Assembly (NCBI GenBank): GCA_964016885.1
Contig: OZ024764.1
Coordinates: 682,001-746,000 of the forward strand
Source: Eledone cirrhosa
Lineage: Eukaryota
Direction: 5' to 3'
Length of the DNA stretch: 64,000 bases
Shown here: positions 1 to 12,160 of the stretch, piece after piece
How positions within the stretch are numbered: the first letter of the stretch is position 1
Layout: each line of letters opens with the position of its first letter
The notes under the pieces: generated by a model
The model's database searches: none
Seen by the model: the letters and a program-made list of their open reading frames with translations, nothing else
What the model was told of the DNA's origin: nothing
Program-made: the position numbers and the translations under genes

Positions 1-639
1 ATGTATAAAAATCAATACAATATAATTACCTCATTACCAGAGGTTTCCCGAATGAGGCGAATACGAAATAAACGACTTCATTCGTTCGTCTATTAATATA
101 TATATATATATATATTGTTATACTTGGGGAGGGTCATATTTGCGTAATATTGCCAGAATTAATAACAGAACACACTCACTGTTTGGTTGGTTTTCGCTTC
201 TCGCTGTCTTTTATATCTGCGATCTAACTTACTCGGTCCTCAATGTTGCCATTGACTGACCGACGGTCAAAAATAATACAGATACAATATAGACACAAAC
301 ACATATATATAGTTTACATAATTTACATAAATCTTTCGTTGCACATCTGCAACATCGTCACTGGTGTTATATTTTTTTCCTCCTGTTGTGTTGTATGTCT
401 ACGCCATTTTTTTATTCAGTCTGTCTATATATTTATTTATTTATTTGCTTGTTTGTTTATTTTATTTTGTCTTCTTTGCGCATGCGTTTGCGTGTGTGTA
501 TAGTGTTATGTGTGCTGTGTGTATAGTGTTGTGTCTGTTGTGTGACTAGTGTTTGTTTATGTGCTTGTTGTTATTGTGCTTGTGTATGTATTTATTTATC
601 TTATTTTATTTTATTTACTTATTTATACTTCTCTTAGGT

Positions 640-3281
640 CAGTGTTGTTTGTTTGGGTGTTGTTCCACTCATTCTTTCTGTTTAGCTTTGGTCTTCTAAT
701 TTCTATTTCACTGGCCTCTCTGATTTGCCTATCTGCTGGGTCATTCCTATGTTTAGATATTATTCTAATTTCTATGTTGTCTAGCATGTTCGTATAGTAC
801 TGACCCGTTTTTTCGTCCTTTTAGTTCCCCCAAGTGTTGGTCTATCCTTTCACCTATGCTACGAGCTGTCTCACCTATGTATGTTGTTGTCATGTTTCTG
901 CAAGTACCCTCTGTACATCTTATGCTATAGACTACGTTTCTAGTTTTACAGTTTATCCGGGGGTTCACCTTACATATGATACATTTCCTATTGGTACAGT
1001 GGGTTTTCTTAAAAGGGTAGGTTTTGCTGATCAGGGATTTTATGGTGGTTCCTGGCTTTTCTACCACCTTTATTTTTAAGTGGGTCTTTCTCAGGGCCTT
1101 TCTACACTGGTTAGCTAATTTCCCTCCAGGGGTGCCGTCCACAAACATGACACTCTGATATCTCTGGTTGTCGTACCATGATGTGGCCTTCCCTATCTTA
1201 TGTCTAGCCCTATCTAAGCTATTCCATGATTTGCTCCTGTATAGTGGGCAAATTCCTTTCATGTCCAGTTCTATGAGGGTCTTATACTTTTCCATGGCTC
1301 CTTCGTATACTCTGACTCTGTCTCTTTGGTTGTAGCCAGAGAACTGCATGCGGTTGATGAAGTGTTGGATGTGTCTTTCCATTTCTGTTGGGTCGCACAT
1401 GCTGGACACATTCTTCATCACTCGTACCAAATCTGCGATCAGAATATTAAACTTAGCACTACTGGACATTGCTGAGTTTTTGAGTATCAGGTATTTGGAG
1501 GCCATAGGTTTAGCATAGTGTGAGTGGAGAATTTGGGCTCTCTCGTCTATAGTGTTAATCCAGAGTTCTGTGTCTAATACAGGTAGTCTATTGTTAGGGT
1601 GTTTGGAAGGGAAGTCGATAGTTACAGTTATACTCTGGTGTATGGAATTAGCTATCTGCTGGATGCTTTCCATCGTGCTACGTTCTAAATCAAACTTGTT
1701 AGTGCTCTCTAGTGGGGGTGTTCTTATAACTATATTGATATCGTCTACATAACGAGAGTACATGATGAGGTCTATGGAGCTTTCATTAGGGAGATCTTTA
1801 AGTCTCCTTTCCCACCTACCATGAAAAGGTTGGCAACATCACAAGCTATGCTGACGCCGATGGCTTTTCCCTCATTTTGGGTGTAGATTTTCTCATTGAA
1901 CTTGAATATGTGGCTCTTTAGGGTAGTTTTGATACTAGCCCCTATTGCATGTGCGACCATTTTTCTTACCTGATCAGTGTTTTGGGGGGTCCGTATAGCT
2001 TTGGTCCACCCAATCCACCTTCCTATGGGAGTCTTTTTTGCCATTGAGGTTATGGTGGGGGGGTCTACCTCTTATAGGTCTACTAGGGCAGAAACATCTA
2101 AGGTCATGGCTGTCTAGGTAGTCAGTGTCGTAGGTAAGTCTAAGTAGGAGGCCCAGTTCGTCTGTGTCGACGTCGCAGAACTCCACCTCACTCTCATTGA
2201 TCATCTCCACACATCTTTTCACAGCAAAATCAATGTTAATGGATGGGTACAGTGACACCACATCCATGCTGCCTATTATGCAGTTGGATAGGCTCCTGTT
2301 TTTGTTGCACTCACTGATTCTGCTGAGGAGGTCCTCTGTACTTTCACATACATCTGGGGACATCTTGATTATGGGGCGTATAACCATTGAGAGGAAGTAG
2401 GAGATCCTGTAGTTGTTAGCTATATTAGCTCCGCATACGGGTCTTGTTGGTGGTCCTGTTGTCGGGTCGTCGACTGTCTTGTGGTCTTTGCGGAGCCCAT
2501 AAAAGGGTGGTATGCCATTGTTAGACGCCTGGAAGTTGTTGGCAGTGCGTCTGCTTGGCTTTAGGATGTCAGTCCACATCATGTGAGCGTTGAGGATTTT
2601 TTCTCTCCCATCGTGTGTTTGTTGTGCAACTTCGCTCGTGTTGGTGATGTGGGGTTGCATAGCCTCGATGTAGTTCGGCATGTTATCTATTGACATCCTA
2701 CCAGACTTATCTGTGGGTAGACACACTACCTCACCATCCCTTGTGCGCTGCTTGAGGCTAACCAAGCCTTCTACAGGTTTTCTCCCAAGTTGTTGGGCCT
2801 CTGGTCTGCTCTGTCTCATAGTATACCTGTCTACTACTTGTCTAATCTTATTTCTAGCTATGGTGAACTGTGCCTCCGTCTCGTCATCTATTTGCTGTGG
2901 TATGCAAACTCTTTTATTAAAGGGTAACCTCGTAGAATAGATATTACCCATCTTATATGTTTTGTCAGCTGGGTTGAAAAATAGTTTCTCTAAGGGGTTG
3001 TCATTATATCTATCGTCATAGTTGTGTGTGTTGCTATTATTGTTATCATGGTGGTTGTTGTTGTTTCTATCATTAGCATTATTATTGTTATGATTGCTAG
3101 ATGTATTGTTGTTTACTTCACCGTTATTGTTGTTGTTGTTACTGTTATTTCTACCATTGTGGTTGTTACTATTATTATGTTTCTTGTTTTTGTTGATGTT
3201 GCTACATGTACTATTTCCATTATTACCACTGCGGTTATTGTTGTTGTTGTTCCCCAAGTATAACAATATCTGTTTCGACAC
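640..3281 (-). mobile_element. Penelope-like retroelement (Neptune/Poseidon-type) RT + GIY-YIG endonuclease, frameshifted
   Basis: ORFs 1974-3281, 1772-2044 and 765-1763 carry RT motifs (PTDKSG, GSMDVVSLYPSI, GKAIGVSIACDVANLFM, RYVDDI), a Cys-rich linker (CTNRKCIIC) and GIY-YIG (VVYSIRC...YIGETAR). The endonuclease C-terminus continues in another frame (DRQIREA...LNRKNEW) to ~640. The N-terminus is Asn-rich. Confidence 0.92.
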
Positions 3282-3747
3282 ACGATTTCATATAAAAAAC
3301 CTCGCTAAACTATATATATATAATTGGTTATGCACGAGTGCATTAATGTTTTCCAGGACACAGTGTTATGTACCGTGTAGTGGAATGTCAGCTTACAACA
3401 GAGTGGTGTTCAACGAAATGCAGAAAAAAGGTGTATATTCCAGTTTAGCTATATTCCGGGGCGTGTATAAAGAATTAAAAAGAACAGAAAGATGCAGTAA
3501 AAGAGATTTATTCGGTTCTTACGTACGTTTCAATAGACATCTATTTGCCTAGATCTCGCTACATCTATAATATTATATATTTAGTAGAGCATTCGATATC
3601 CAATGCACAATCGATCCCATATCATCAGAGATATGCGTTTATTAGTATTTTTAAGAAGGTATAAGGTAGCTTCAGTAATTTAACAATGTATTATCACAAA
3701 AAATTATAAAATTATTGTTACAGGATTAACAAAGACATAATAATATA

Positions 3748-3970
3748 TATTCCTGCCTAATTAACAAGTAATCAAAACACTATTAACAGTCAGGCAAAAT
3801 TAGCTCAGGGATATCCCGCGCTCGGATACTTTACACACACACACAGCAACACATAGGATTAGCACAGACACAATGGTATATTCCTGCCTAATTAACAAAC
3901 AATCGATTAACAATTGATGGTCAAGAAAATGTACTCAGGGATATCCCGCGCACGGATATTTACATACATA
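3748..3970. repeat. Two diverged ~130-bp direct repeats
   Basis: atattcctgcctaattaacaa...ctcagggatatcccgcgc(t/a)cggata occurs twice in tandem. Confidence 0.75.
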
Positions 3971-4006
3971 CAACAGGATGAACAGTACTGGTGACCGTGT
4001 GGGCCC

Positions 4007-4094
4007 GATATCCATTATGCGTATGTAGTCATCTGCATAGCTCCAGGCACGATATCCATTATGCGTATGTAGTCATCTGCATAGCTCCAGGCAC
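4007..4094. repeat. Perfect 2 x 44-bp tandem duplication
   Basis: gatatccattatgcgtatgtagtcatctgcatagctccaggcac starts at 4007 and again at 4051. Confidence 0.95.
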
Positions 4095-4099
4095 AGCTG

Positions 4100-4822
4100 G
4101 TCTTGTTTAAAAGTTCATGGATCAACTGGGATTCACTATTCCTGCCACGGTTAGCTTTGCCTTTCATCTTTAGGAGCTCGATAAAATAAAGTACCAGTAA
4201 CACACTGTGGTCTATTAAAACGACTTTCCTTTCCCCCCCCTAAAAAACTGTAGGCCTCGTGCCGAAATCAGGAACCATGAGGGTCGGACGACATGCTTTG
4301 TAGCATAGTTACGCCCCTTTATGGTCTGAGTTCAAATCCTGTCGAGGTTAACTTTGCCTTTCATTCTTACGGGGTAATGTACTTGGATAATTTCTGGCCT
4401 TGTGCCAAAAGTAGAAACAATTATTATAAGAACTGTAGATTGGCAGAATCGGGAGAGCGTCCAACGTGTTTTGCGGCACAGAGTTACGTCCCTTTGCGTT
4501 CTGAGTTCAAATCCTGCTGAGGTTAGCTTTGCCTTTCATCCTAACAGGGGTCGATAAAATAAAGTACCAGCTGTGCCAGGTTTAGGACAAATGAGGCCCT
4601 GTACTAGTTAAATTATGAGGCCCTTTACTTGAGGCTCTGGAGGAAGCAAACACATTTTTTGGCAGGAAGATGGGTCACTCTGGACAACAGGGCCCGCTGC
4701 TTAAGCACACCTAAAGACTATGGTAAATCCGGAACTGAGTACTAGTAACGCACTGGGGGTCGATTTAATAGACTTTCCCCTGCCCCAAATTATTGGCCTT
4801 GTGCCCGATCTAGAAACAATTA
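4100..4822 (+). mobile_element. Three tandem, diverged tRNA-derived SINE copies (cephalopod-type)
   Basis: B-box GAGTTCAAATCC at 4328 and 4503 and A-box-like TGGCAGAATCGG at 4441. The core tta(a/g)ctttgcctttcat occurs three times, twice followed by cgataaaataaagtaccag. Followed by a CA-rich tract. Confidence 0.75.
4571..4737. mobile_element. hAT-type MITE inserted into the third SINE copy
   Basis: Imperfect TIRs ctgtgccaggttta / taaatccggaactg (10/14). 8-bp flanking duplication agtaccag (4563-4570) / agtactag (4738-4745). The SINE resumes after it. Confidence 0.7.
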
Positions 4823-4823
4823 T

Positions 4824-4905
4824 AACACACACACACATACAAACACACACATTTACACATACACATTTTTTCACACAGACACACACATTTACACATATAG
4901 ACACA
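4824..4905. repeat. (CA)-rich microsatellite
   Basis: acacac/acacat runs. Confidence 0.85.
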
Positions 4906-5044
4906 TTCTCATATTTTTTAACTCCTTAACATTTCAAGCGAGTGAGAAAGAAAGTCTACCTCTGCGTATACGCATAGAGCTTAACTAGCTACCGTCACAT
5001 ATTTGGTAGGTTAGACGTGATCATTGCGATTCACATACGACATA

Positions 5045-6300
5045 CCATACCAATTCATCGAATATTTAATATTATCTCGTTTTAGGTCCCATAGTAGGCT
5101 AGATAGCGACGTTGAAGATTTTTTGTTTGGATCTGTGAAAGAATTTTTATGATTATTGAAGCGAAATTTAAATTCTGTCGAGGTGGAACCAACATATTTA
5201 AATGAATTTAAATTGTTATTTAACGGACAGTTAGATTTATTTCTACAGTATTTAATTGAATATTGTTTGGGTTATTATTGGTATTTTGGTTAGGTTTTAA
5301 ATTCCTATTATTAATTCTATTAATATTTTGTGCTAAATTTTTGGTGGAGGAGTAAGTTAATTTTATAGTGTGTTTATTAAAAATTGAGTAATATTTATGT
5401 GTTCTAGGGAAGCGTGTGTCAAAAGCTTTAAAGAATAGTTTAGCAATAGGGGTTTTAATATTTAGTGAGAAAGGGGGAGCAAACCATAATATATTTCTAG
5501 TTCTATTTCTTTTCTGGCTTTTAGAATTATTGTAATGTTTTCTATTATAGTTGTTAAAGTTGTTACCGTAATTAAAATTGTTGTTATATTGGTTAGTTTG
5601 CCTATTATTATCGATGTACATAATTTTATCACTATATCCTGCTCTAGCTAATGCTTCATTGTAATACTGCGCTTTTTCGTCGAAAATATTTTTATTAGAT
5701 GAAATTCTTGAACAGAGTTCACTATAGTATTTTTAACAGATCTGGGGTGATTAGAGTTAAAACTGACATAATTCAAGTTTTCATTTAGTTTGTGAAATGG
5801 ATAATGAAGGCATGTGTTGAGATTTAGTGTTACATCTAGGAAATTGACTATTCTATGGTTATTCTCTATTTCTATTTTTAGATTAAGGTAATTAAAAAAT
5901 TGTATAATTTGTTTTCTTTTTCTATTTAGTTCAGAGTTAATATTTTCAATAAGTAAAAGCATGTCATCACGATATAATCCTCCGGTTACACCAGGTATTT
6001 TTCTATGCAGCGAATTAATTATAAATAGGCCCACAAGGTCCGTTACCTGAGCTGAGTCAGATGATCCCATAGTAATGTCGAAATTATTATCTCTATCTGC
6101 CCTAGTCCATAGTTGGTTATTAAATTCTATCAATGTTTTCCTTGCCGATAATATAATGTGCATTTCATTGCTAGTTAGGTCTGTATGTTTGAATGCGTAA
6201 TTTAGTGCCTTATTTAGTAGATTAGGGGTAATAGATGAATAGTAATTAGCAATATCTAGTTGAATAAATTTATTATTATTGTTATATTTAATTTCTTTAA
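5045..6300 (-). mobile_element. Naiad-type Penelope-like element fragment A (RT C-half, linker, partial GIY-YIG)
   Basis: ORF 5648-6163 (DITMGSSDSAQ, GLYRDDML, NFLDVTL) and ORF 5220-5621 (RNILWFAPPFS...IFNKHTIKLTYS). Manual translation of 5220->5045 gives YVGSTSTEFKFRFNNHKNSF...LWDLK. Ends at a TTAA next to a piggyBac TIR. Confidence 0.9.
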
Positions 6301-8403
6301 CCCTTTAGCATTCACATTGAATTGTCAAATGTCATGTTCATCTATTCGCATTATTTTCACTTAATTATACTCAAGAGGGTTATCAATTTTATTTGTTTCT
6401 AATTACTTTAATTTTCTATGTGCAGACTTGAAATTTTGTCAGTAGACGTTTAAAGAACTATAATTTACAATTATATATTTTTACCTGATTTTTTTTTGTT
6501 AAATTTGACTTTTATGGGCAGGTAAAATTAATTAACAGGTGTAAAAGTAATAACTTTATGGATAAACACAAAAATTAAACTTTATCTGCCTTACCTGTTA
6601 GATTTGTTGCAAAAAAATCCAATAATGATCTAGATGCTGATTTCCATCAATTCTAGCAGTTTTCCGAACAGGTGAATTAATTAAAAATGCAGGTGTAATC
6701 AGTACAATGTTTTAGTCTTTCTCTACATTCCAGGCAAATATTTTCATTGAAAAAAATGTATAAAACCTTTTCACCAGTCAAAATAATATTGGCAATGTAC
6801 TCTTACACAATGTACAGTGTAAAATTACGTAACAGAATGTTCCCAATATATAAGTTCATTAACAGGTGTGATGCAGGTGTGTCACAGGTGAATGCAGGTG
6901 TTTTTGTATGTGTGCTAATATATTTTTAAAATAGTGTTTTCAATATTGTTAGACAATATTTCGATCGTGATACTGCCCAAAGCACCCTTTACATAAGGGC
7001 ACTTTGCAAAAGGAACACATAAATAGGGTTTGGATTGCGTAACCTTTAACAGTTTTTCTCTTTTGCAAAGAGCACAATCGGCAAACCTTCCTCCTACCAT
7101 CAATTCTCTCCACTTTATGAAAATCAATATTTTCTTTGTGGACCACTGCTAATTTTGATTTTTTCCCAGCTTTGTGTTTGCGAGAAGTATATCCCCCACG
7201 TAGCTGGGATGCAATGTCCACTCGAAATTTCATGTGGCAGTAGTCCTTTGGTGGTGGCGGATCCTTGTGGCTTTTAGTAAATACAATATAAGAATTCACA
7301 ATGGTTAAATTCACTAAAAACCACAAGATGTATCTCCACCATTTCTTTCCAGGGCGTCCAACTGGGTAATACGCGCAATATTGGTCGGATTTGTCAACCC
7401 CACCCATATATTTATTGTAGGAGAGGTTAACTAAAGGTCTACCCTCAGCCCCAACACCTGGTTGTTGGTTAGAACTCAGGAACAAAATTTGCCGTTTGTC
7501 TTTGAACACTGTGGCTAACATGTTCTCTTTTTGCATTTGGAGAATGTCTCCTCTGTTTTTTAGTTTCGCAACTTTTATTTCTTGGGGTAGCCCTTTCCGA
7601 TTGCTCATTATTGTGCCGCAGGTGTACGTATTTACAAGGGCAAGATCCTCTGCTAAAAGCACCGACGAAAAAAATGGTCAAAATAAATGTGTCTGTGTTG
7701 AAAGTGGAAGGGTTGAGTCAGCGACCACACAACATTGAAATTGTTTAATACCAAACATAATGTTTATGGTAAAAAACGCTTTCATTTCGGCAGGATCTGT
7801 CGGACGCCATAACAGATCGGGTTTTCCTCGATTAGAAATTTGTTGTTGTGCATAGCGATTTGTCTCTTCTGCCACAACTTCGAAGAAAGTTTGTGGTAGA
7901 AATAATAAAAAATAATCCAGAGCTTTAGCATCGGGTGGTAATGTGTGTTGTGGTCCAGAATTTTCATTAAAATCCGAAACATGTATTGGTGTTGTTTCTT
8001 TCAACCACGTTGGTGTTTTTTCACTGGTGTCAGATATCTCTTCGCTTTCACTTTCAAAGTGACTATCATCATCATCAGATATATCAGAAATAAATATATC
8101 TGATTCATTTGAAGATAAATCACTGATATTATCTTCTGTTTCTTTTTTATCTTGAATGTCGTAGGATGTAAAACCTTCAAAATCGTTGTCGCTGCTTTCG
8201 GAAGCCATGTTACAATTTCAAAGTTAAAAACACGTGTTATCGCAAGGTCTTTAACTATACTAAGAGTTAATTTTCGCGCGTAATGGCCTTATCTCGCTGT
8301 AATCTCGAATTGACGAGATTTTGATGATGTCAATGTTTATTTTTAGGAGATCTACGAGTGGTCTGAAATGTCGGTTTTTGTCGGTTTGAATAAATGAAAG
8401 GGG
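6301..8403 (-). mobile_element. piggyBac DNA transposon, internally deleted transposase, 3' TIR intact
   Basis: TTAA (6297-6300) followed by TIR ccctttagcattca. ORF 7678-8208 has the acidic N-terminus and ETNRYA. ORF 6949-7662 has YNKYMGGVDKSDQ, KKWWR and the C-terminal Cys-rich domain CRLC...CSFCKVPLC..CFGQYH. A deletion after GIKQF (~7737) removes the first catalytic Asp region. The 5' end is cut ~30 bp short of its TIR. Confidence 0.93.
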
Positions 8404-9088
8404 ATTAAGGTAATTTCTTTTTCTACTTAGTTCACAGCTATTATTTTCTATAAGTAAAAGCATGTCATCACGATATAATCTTCCGTTTACACCTGGAATT
8501 TTTTTATGTAGTGAATTAATTATAAATAGGCCCACAAGGTCCATTACCTGAGCTGAGTCTGATGATCCCATAGTTATGTCGAAATTATTATTTCTATCTG
8601 CCCTAGTCCGGAGTTGGTTATTAAAATCTATCAATGTTTTCCTTGCCGATAATATAATGTGCATTTCATTGCTAGTTAGGTCAGTATGTTTAAATGCGTA
8701 ATTTAGTGCCTTATTCAGTAGATTAGGAGTGATAGATGAATAGTAGTTAGCAATATCCAGCTGAATAAACTTATTACAGTTATATTTAATTTCTTTAAAC
8801 CAATCAATAACCTCACTAGTCCCTTTCTATAATTTTAAGTAAGATAAATTAGGTAAGTTTATAATTTGTTGTATTACCCTGTCTAGAATATTTTTGCTAA
8901 GTTTTCCCAGGTCAGATTTGGATGGTGCAATTAATCTGACTGGTAAATCATTTTCAAAGTTTCTTTTGTGATCCTTCATATTGATCTTGGGGTTCCTAGG
9001 CATGAAGGGTTGTGTTTTATTCTCAATGTCTAATTCATGCATTATACAAGATACATCTGTATTCAGTTTTTCAAGTTCGTCCTTACTA
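8403..9088 (-). mobile_element. Naiad-type Penelope-like element fragment B (second copy of the same family, RT N-half)
   Basis: 8403-8799 is closely similar to 5881-6300 (DITMGSSDSAQ, LYRDDML). It continues past the TTAA without a piggyBac into KDHKRNF...RLIAPSKSDLGKLSK (ORF 8827-9042). Confidence 0.9.
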
Positions 9089-9172
9089 TATATTAATATA
9101 TATATATTAATAAATTATTAAAAAAATAATGAATAAACAAAGAAACAGTTCCTTATATTAAACAAAAAAAGT

Positions 9173-9314
9173 TCATTATTTTACGATCGTTTCTAGGACA
9201 TATATGTGTTAGAATTAGTATGCATATTCTATAGATCTATGTACAATATTTATACAAACTATCAGAGGGAATATACATACCTTCACATATATATGCTGTC
9301 TTCAGAAATAATGA
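9173..9314 (-). ncRNA. Type I hammerhead ribozyme (Penelope-associated), long stem II
   Basis: The minus strand reads UCAUUAUUU-CUGAAGA-[stem II CAGCAUAUAUAUGUG ... CACAUAUAUGUCCUA]-GAAA-C-GAUC-G-UA/AAAUAAUGA. Stem I is a perfect 9 bp, the core is intact, stem III is minimal and palindromic, and the cleavage triplet is GUA. Stem II pairs at 13/15 positions but its core-proximal pair is C-A. Confidence 0.8.
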
Positions 9315-9439
9315 TGCTTGTTTATTGATAAGAACAAAGATTCAATACAATAGGTCTGTTTGGGAACAGGTTTTGAATAGACAAATGAAAAAGAGATTGA
9401 AATATATAAAAAAATCTATCAAGAAATATAGTTAGGTGT

Positions 9440-9530
9440 GTGTATATGTATGTAAATACGCTCACAGATGTGCATATATGTATGTAAATACGCTCACAGA
9501 TGTGCATATATGTGTATGCACATGTATACG
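9440..9530. repeat. 2 x 32-bp repeat in (TG/TA) microsatellite
   Basis: tatatgtatgtaaatacgctcacagatgtgca occurs twice in tandem. Confidence 0.85.
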
Positions 9531-9641
9531 TATAGTGAAAAAGTGTAAATCTAAAATTTAGGGCAAATGTATCTGTATGTCTGTAATCTACAGACAGAAT
9601 AGATACATCATAAGTATATGAATATGAAGGCGCGCGCATAA

Positions 9642-10434
9642 ACACGCCTCGTTTTGGCCATAATACTAGATATATAAGGGTCACCAAACCTTATATCAGT
9701 ACTCCAATAATTCCACAGTCGTGGAAATTGTTTAATACCAAACATAATGTTTATGGTAAAAAACGCTTTCATTTCGGCAGAATCTGTCGGACGCCATAAC
9801 AGATCGGGTTTTCCTCGATTAGAAATCTGTTGTTGTGCATAGCGATTTGTCTCTTCTACCACAACTTCGAAGAAAGTTTGTGGTAGAAATAAAAAAAAAT
9901 AATCCAGAGCTTTAGCATCGGGTGGTAATGTGTGTTGTGGTCCAGAATTTTCATTAAAATCCAAAACATGTATCGGTGTTGTTTCTTTCGACCATGTTGG
10001 TGTTTTTTCAATGGTGTCAGATATCTCTTCGCTTTCACTTTCAAAGTGACTATCATCATCATCAGATATATCAGAAATAAATATATCTGATTCATTTGAA
10101 GATAAATCACTGATATTATCTTCTGTTTCTTTGTTATCTTGAATGTCGTAGGATGTAAAACCTTCAAAATCGTTGTCGCTGCTTTCGGAAGCTATGTTAC
10201 AATTTCAAAGTTAAAAACACGTGTTATCACAAGGTCTTTAACTATACTAAGAGTTAATTTTCGCGCGTAAGGGCTTTATCTCGCTGTAATCTCGAATTGA
10301 CGAGATTTTGATGATGTCAATGTTTATTTTTAGAAGGAGATCTACGAGTGGTCTGAAATGTCGGTTTTTGTCGGTTTGAATAAATGAAAGGGGACATAAT
10401 TTTGTCGGTTTTTGTCGCTTTGAACGCTAAAGGG
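9642..10434 (-). mobile_element. piggyBac 5' fragment with intact 5' TIR
   Basis: Near-identical to 7737-8403 but continues GIKQFPRLWNYWSTD...ISSIMAKTR. Ends tgaacgctaaaggg + TTAA (10435-10438), 13/14 complementary to the TIR at 6301. Confidence 0.92.
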
Positions 10435-10519
10435 TTAAGAAAATTTAGAAATTATAAGGTGACACTAATATTGATTCATGGTGATATAAGGAATATATCA
10501 GGAATACAAGAAAATTTTA

Positions 10520-10890
10520 GGTGTTGCAATTAGCAGCAGTCCAACAATAGAGTGTTCGAATGAGACCTTTATAAACAGATGCGATGTCCACACTAGATGA
10601 GTGGAGTATTACAATATAATGGAAACATCGTAGGTTAGACAATCCCAAAAGTTCATACTTCAAAGTTCAATCCGCAGATGTGCATTCATAAAGTTGAGCA
10701 CTCAGGCAAAAATTATTGGTTGACAAGATGTATCCGTAAACATATCTCAAGCAGGAACATATGCTGGGAAGGTTGCAGGCAAATTCTTATATAGCAATGC
10801 GAACATCAAAAGGCAAACAGTTGAGGTGCATATCAGTGAATAAGCAGGCAAAAGCAGATGGTTCAATACGGTTAGGTGAAGCAGGTTATT
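10520..10890 (-). mobile_element. Possible very old CR1/L2-type LINE remnant
   Basis: Only a weak motif (VYKGLIRTLYCW, resembling YKxLxRPxLEYC) in a stop-riddled frame. Confidence 0.2.
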
Positions 10891-11074
10891 ATTATGCATA
10901 CCACTTAATATAAAATACTAAATACAAAATACAAGTGGGAAATTTAACACTCAACAACGTGCATAGCAAATAGCTTTCAAAGCCGATAACCTCTCAAAAT
11001 CACAACACTGAGTAACGTCGCTGGCATCACAAGAATATAGATAGAAGGCACGCAATAGGGTTAGCCCAGAGACA

Positions 11075-11075
<1 letters not shown>

Positions 11076-11109
<34 letters not shown>

Positions 11110-11148
11110 CATATATACATATATATACACACACATACACACATAACA
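11076..11148. repeat. (TA)n/(TACA)/(CA)n microsatellite
   Basis: Direct inspection. Confidence 0.9.
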
Positions 11149-11540
11149 CCGGTCACCCAAATTTACGCGGATATATTGCACAAAGTGTCTTACCCAGCTA
11201 TCAAAAGTCATAAACCCATAACAGGTGTTTTCACTGGTCACAGATAATATAGTTTCACAGTAATAGAGGAACAACAACCAATAGGAGTAATTAACCAGAG
11301 TAATCACGATTAAACTTAAAATTAAACCCTATGAGAAGATAAGTATTCACATGTGTAGTCACCAGATTCAAGTATAAACAAACATATATATATAAAAGGA
11401 ACGATCGACTTTCGTCAAATCGGACCGAAGGAACAATGTTTCCGTTGGTCTTTCCAATTGCTAATACTATCTATCGGTCGCAACTCCAGGTAGAAGGAGC
11501 AACGTGAAATAAAGTGTCTTGCTGAAGGACGTAACACATA

Positions 11541-11790
11541 TTGTTATACTTTGGGAGAGTCATGTTGCTAATAAGAAACACACGCACCAGTTGCTTTCAC
11601 TTCAATTTATTATAATAAATTTATAAATTTCCGGTTGGTTGGTTGGTTCCACAATCAGATGATTGTTTATATACTGTCAAAGTTCTTTCGTCACACATTC
11701 TGTCACCTCTTCAGTGATTGGGGATTCTTTTCTTTGTTTTTGTGCCTCTCCTTTGTTCTGTCCTACGCCAAGATGACGTATAAATTGAAT
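11541..11790 (-). repeat. Interspersed repeat resembling a Penelope terminal (pLTR-like) segment
   Basis: Begins ttgttatactttgggagagtcat, similar to ttgttatacttgggagagggtcat at ~115. Contains a degenerate CUGAAGA...GAAA on the minus strand (11686-11714). Confidence 0.4.
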
Positions 11791-12127
11791 ATATATATCT
11801 TTTAAAAAAAAATTTTCCTTCAACGTCTGTCCCCTCGTGTTGCTTCAACGAACCAGCCAAATCAAATAAGGTGAAATAGAGAAGAAAAAAAAAATGTTTG
11901 TTTTAGAATATATCCACGTTGGATATCAACAATAGGTAGCCAGTGGCTAAAAATCTCTTAGAAAAAGGTAAGGCATGTATATCCCCTGCGGGGCAGTAAT
12001 GTTCACAAAAAAAGTTTCTTCTCTTTTCTCTTGATCAGTCATGGAACACACACGCAATTCCAAAAATGTCCCCGTCCTGGCGGAAAATTACAAAACGGGG
12101 AAGGAATGCAACGTCATCTTGGAAAAA

Positions 12128-12132
<5 letters not shown>

Positions 12133-12160
<28 letters not shown>
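12133..12160. repeat. Poly(T)28 run (poly-A on minus strand)
   Basis: Homopolymer ~530 bp downstream of the Naiad GIY-YIG stop codon on the minus strand. Confidence 0.85.

Noticed and set aside
243-797. Hydrophobic plus-strand ORFs, and the many Val/Cys/Leu-rich plus-strand ORFs throughout
   Set aside because: They are antisense shadows of A/C-rich low-complexity TE sequence and TG microsatellites, with no domain motifs.
3265-3635. CUGAUGA (3622-3628) and CGAAAC (~3272) on the minus strand near Penelope element 1
   Set aside because: They are ~345 nt apart, with no stem II pairing and no NUH triplet or stem III.
3748-4094. Short direct repeats as a possible CRISPR-like array
   Set aside because: Only two copies each, no unique spacers, eukaryotic context, no cas genes.
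4321-4520. tRNA genes
   Set aside because: A B-box is present but there is no cloverleaf. The sequence continues into a repeated SINE body.
11650-11722. Second hammerhead candidate (CUGAAGA...GAAA with caatca/tgattg stem I on the minus strand)
   Set aside because: Stem II is out of register with a mismatch and no credible stem III forms. At most a decayed relic.
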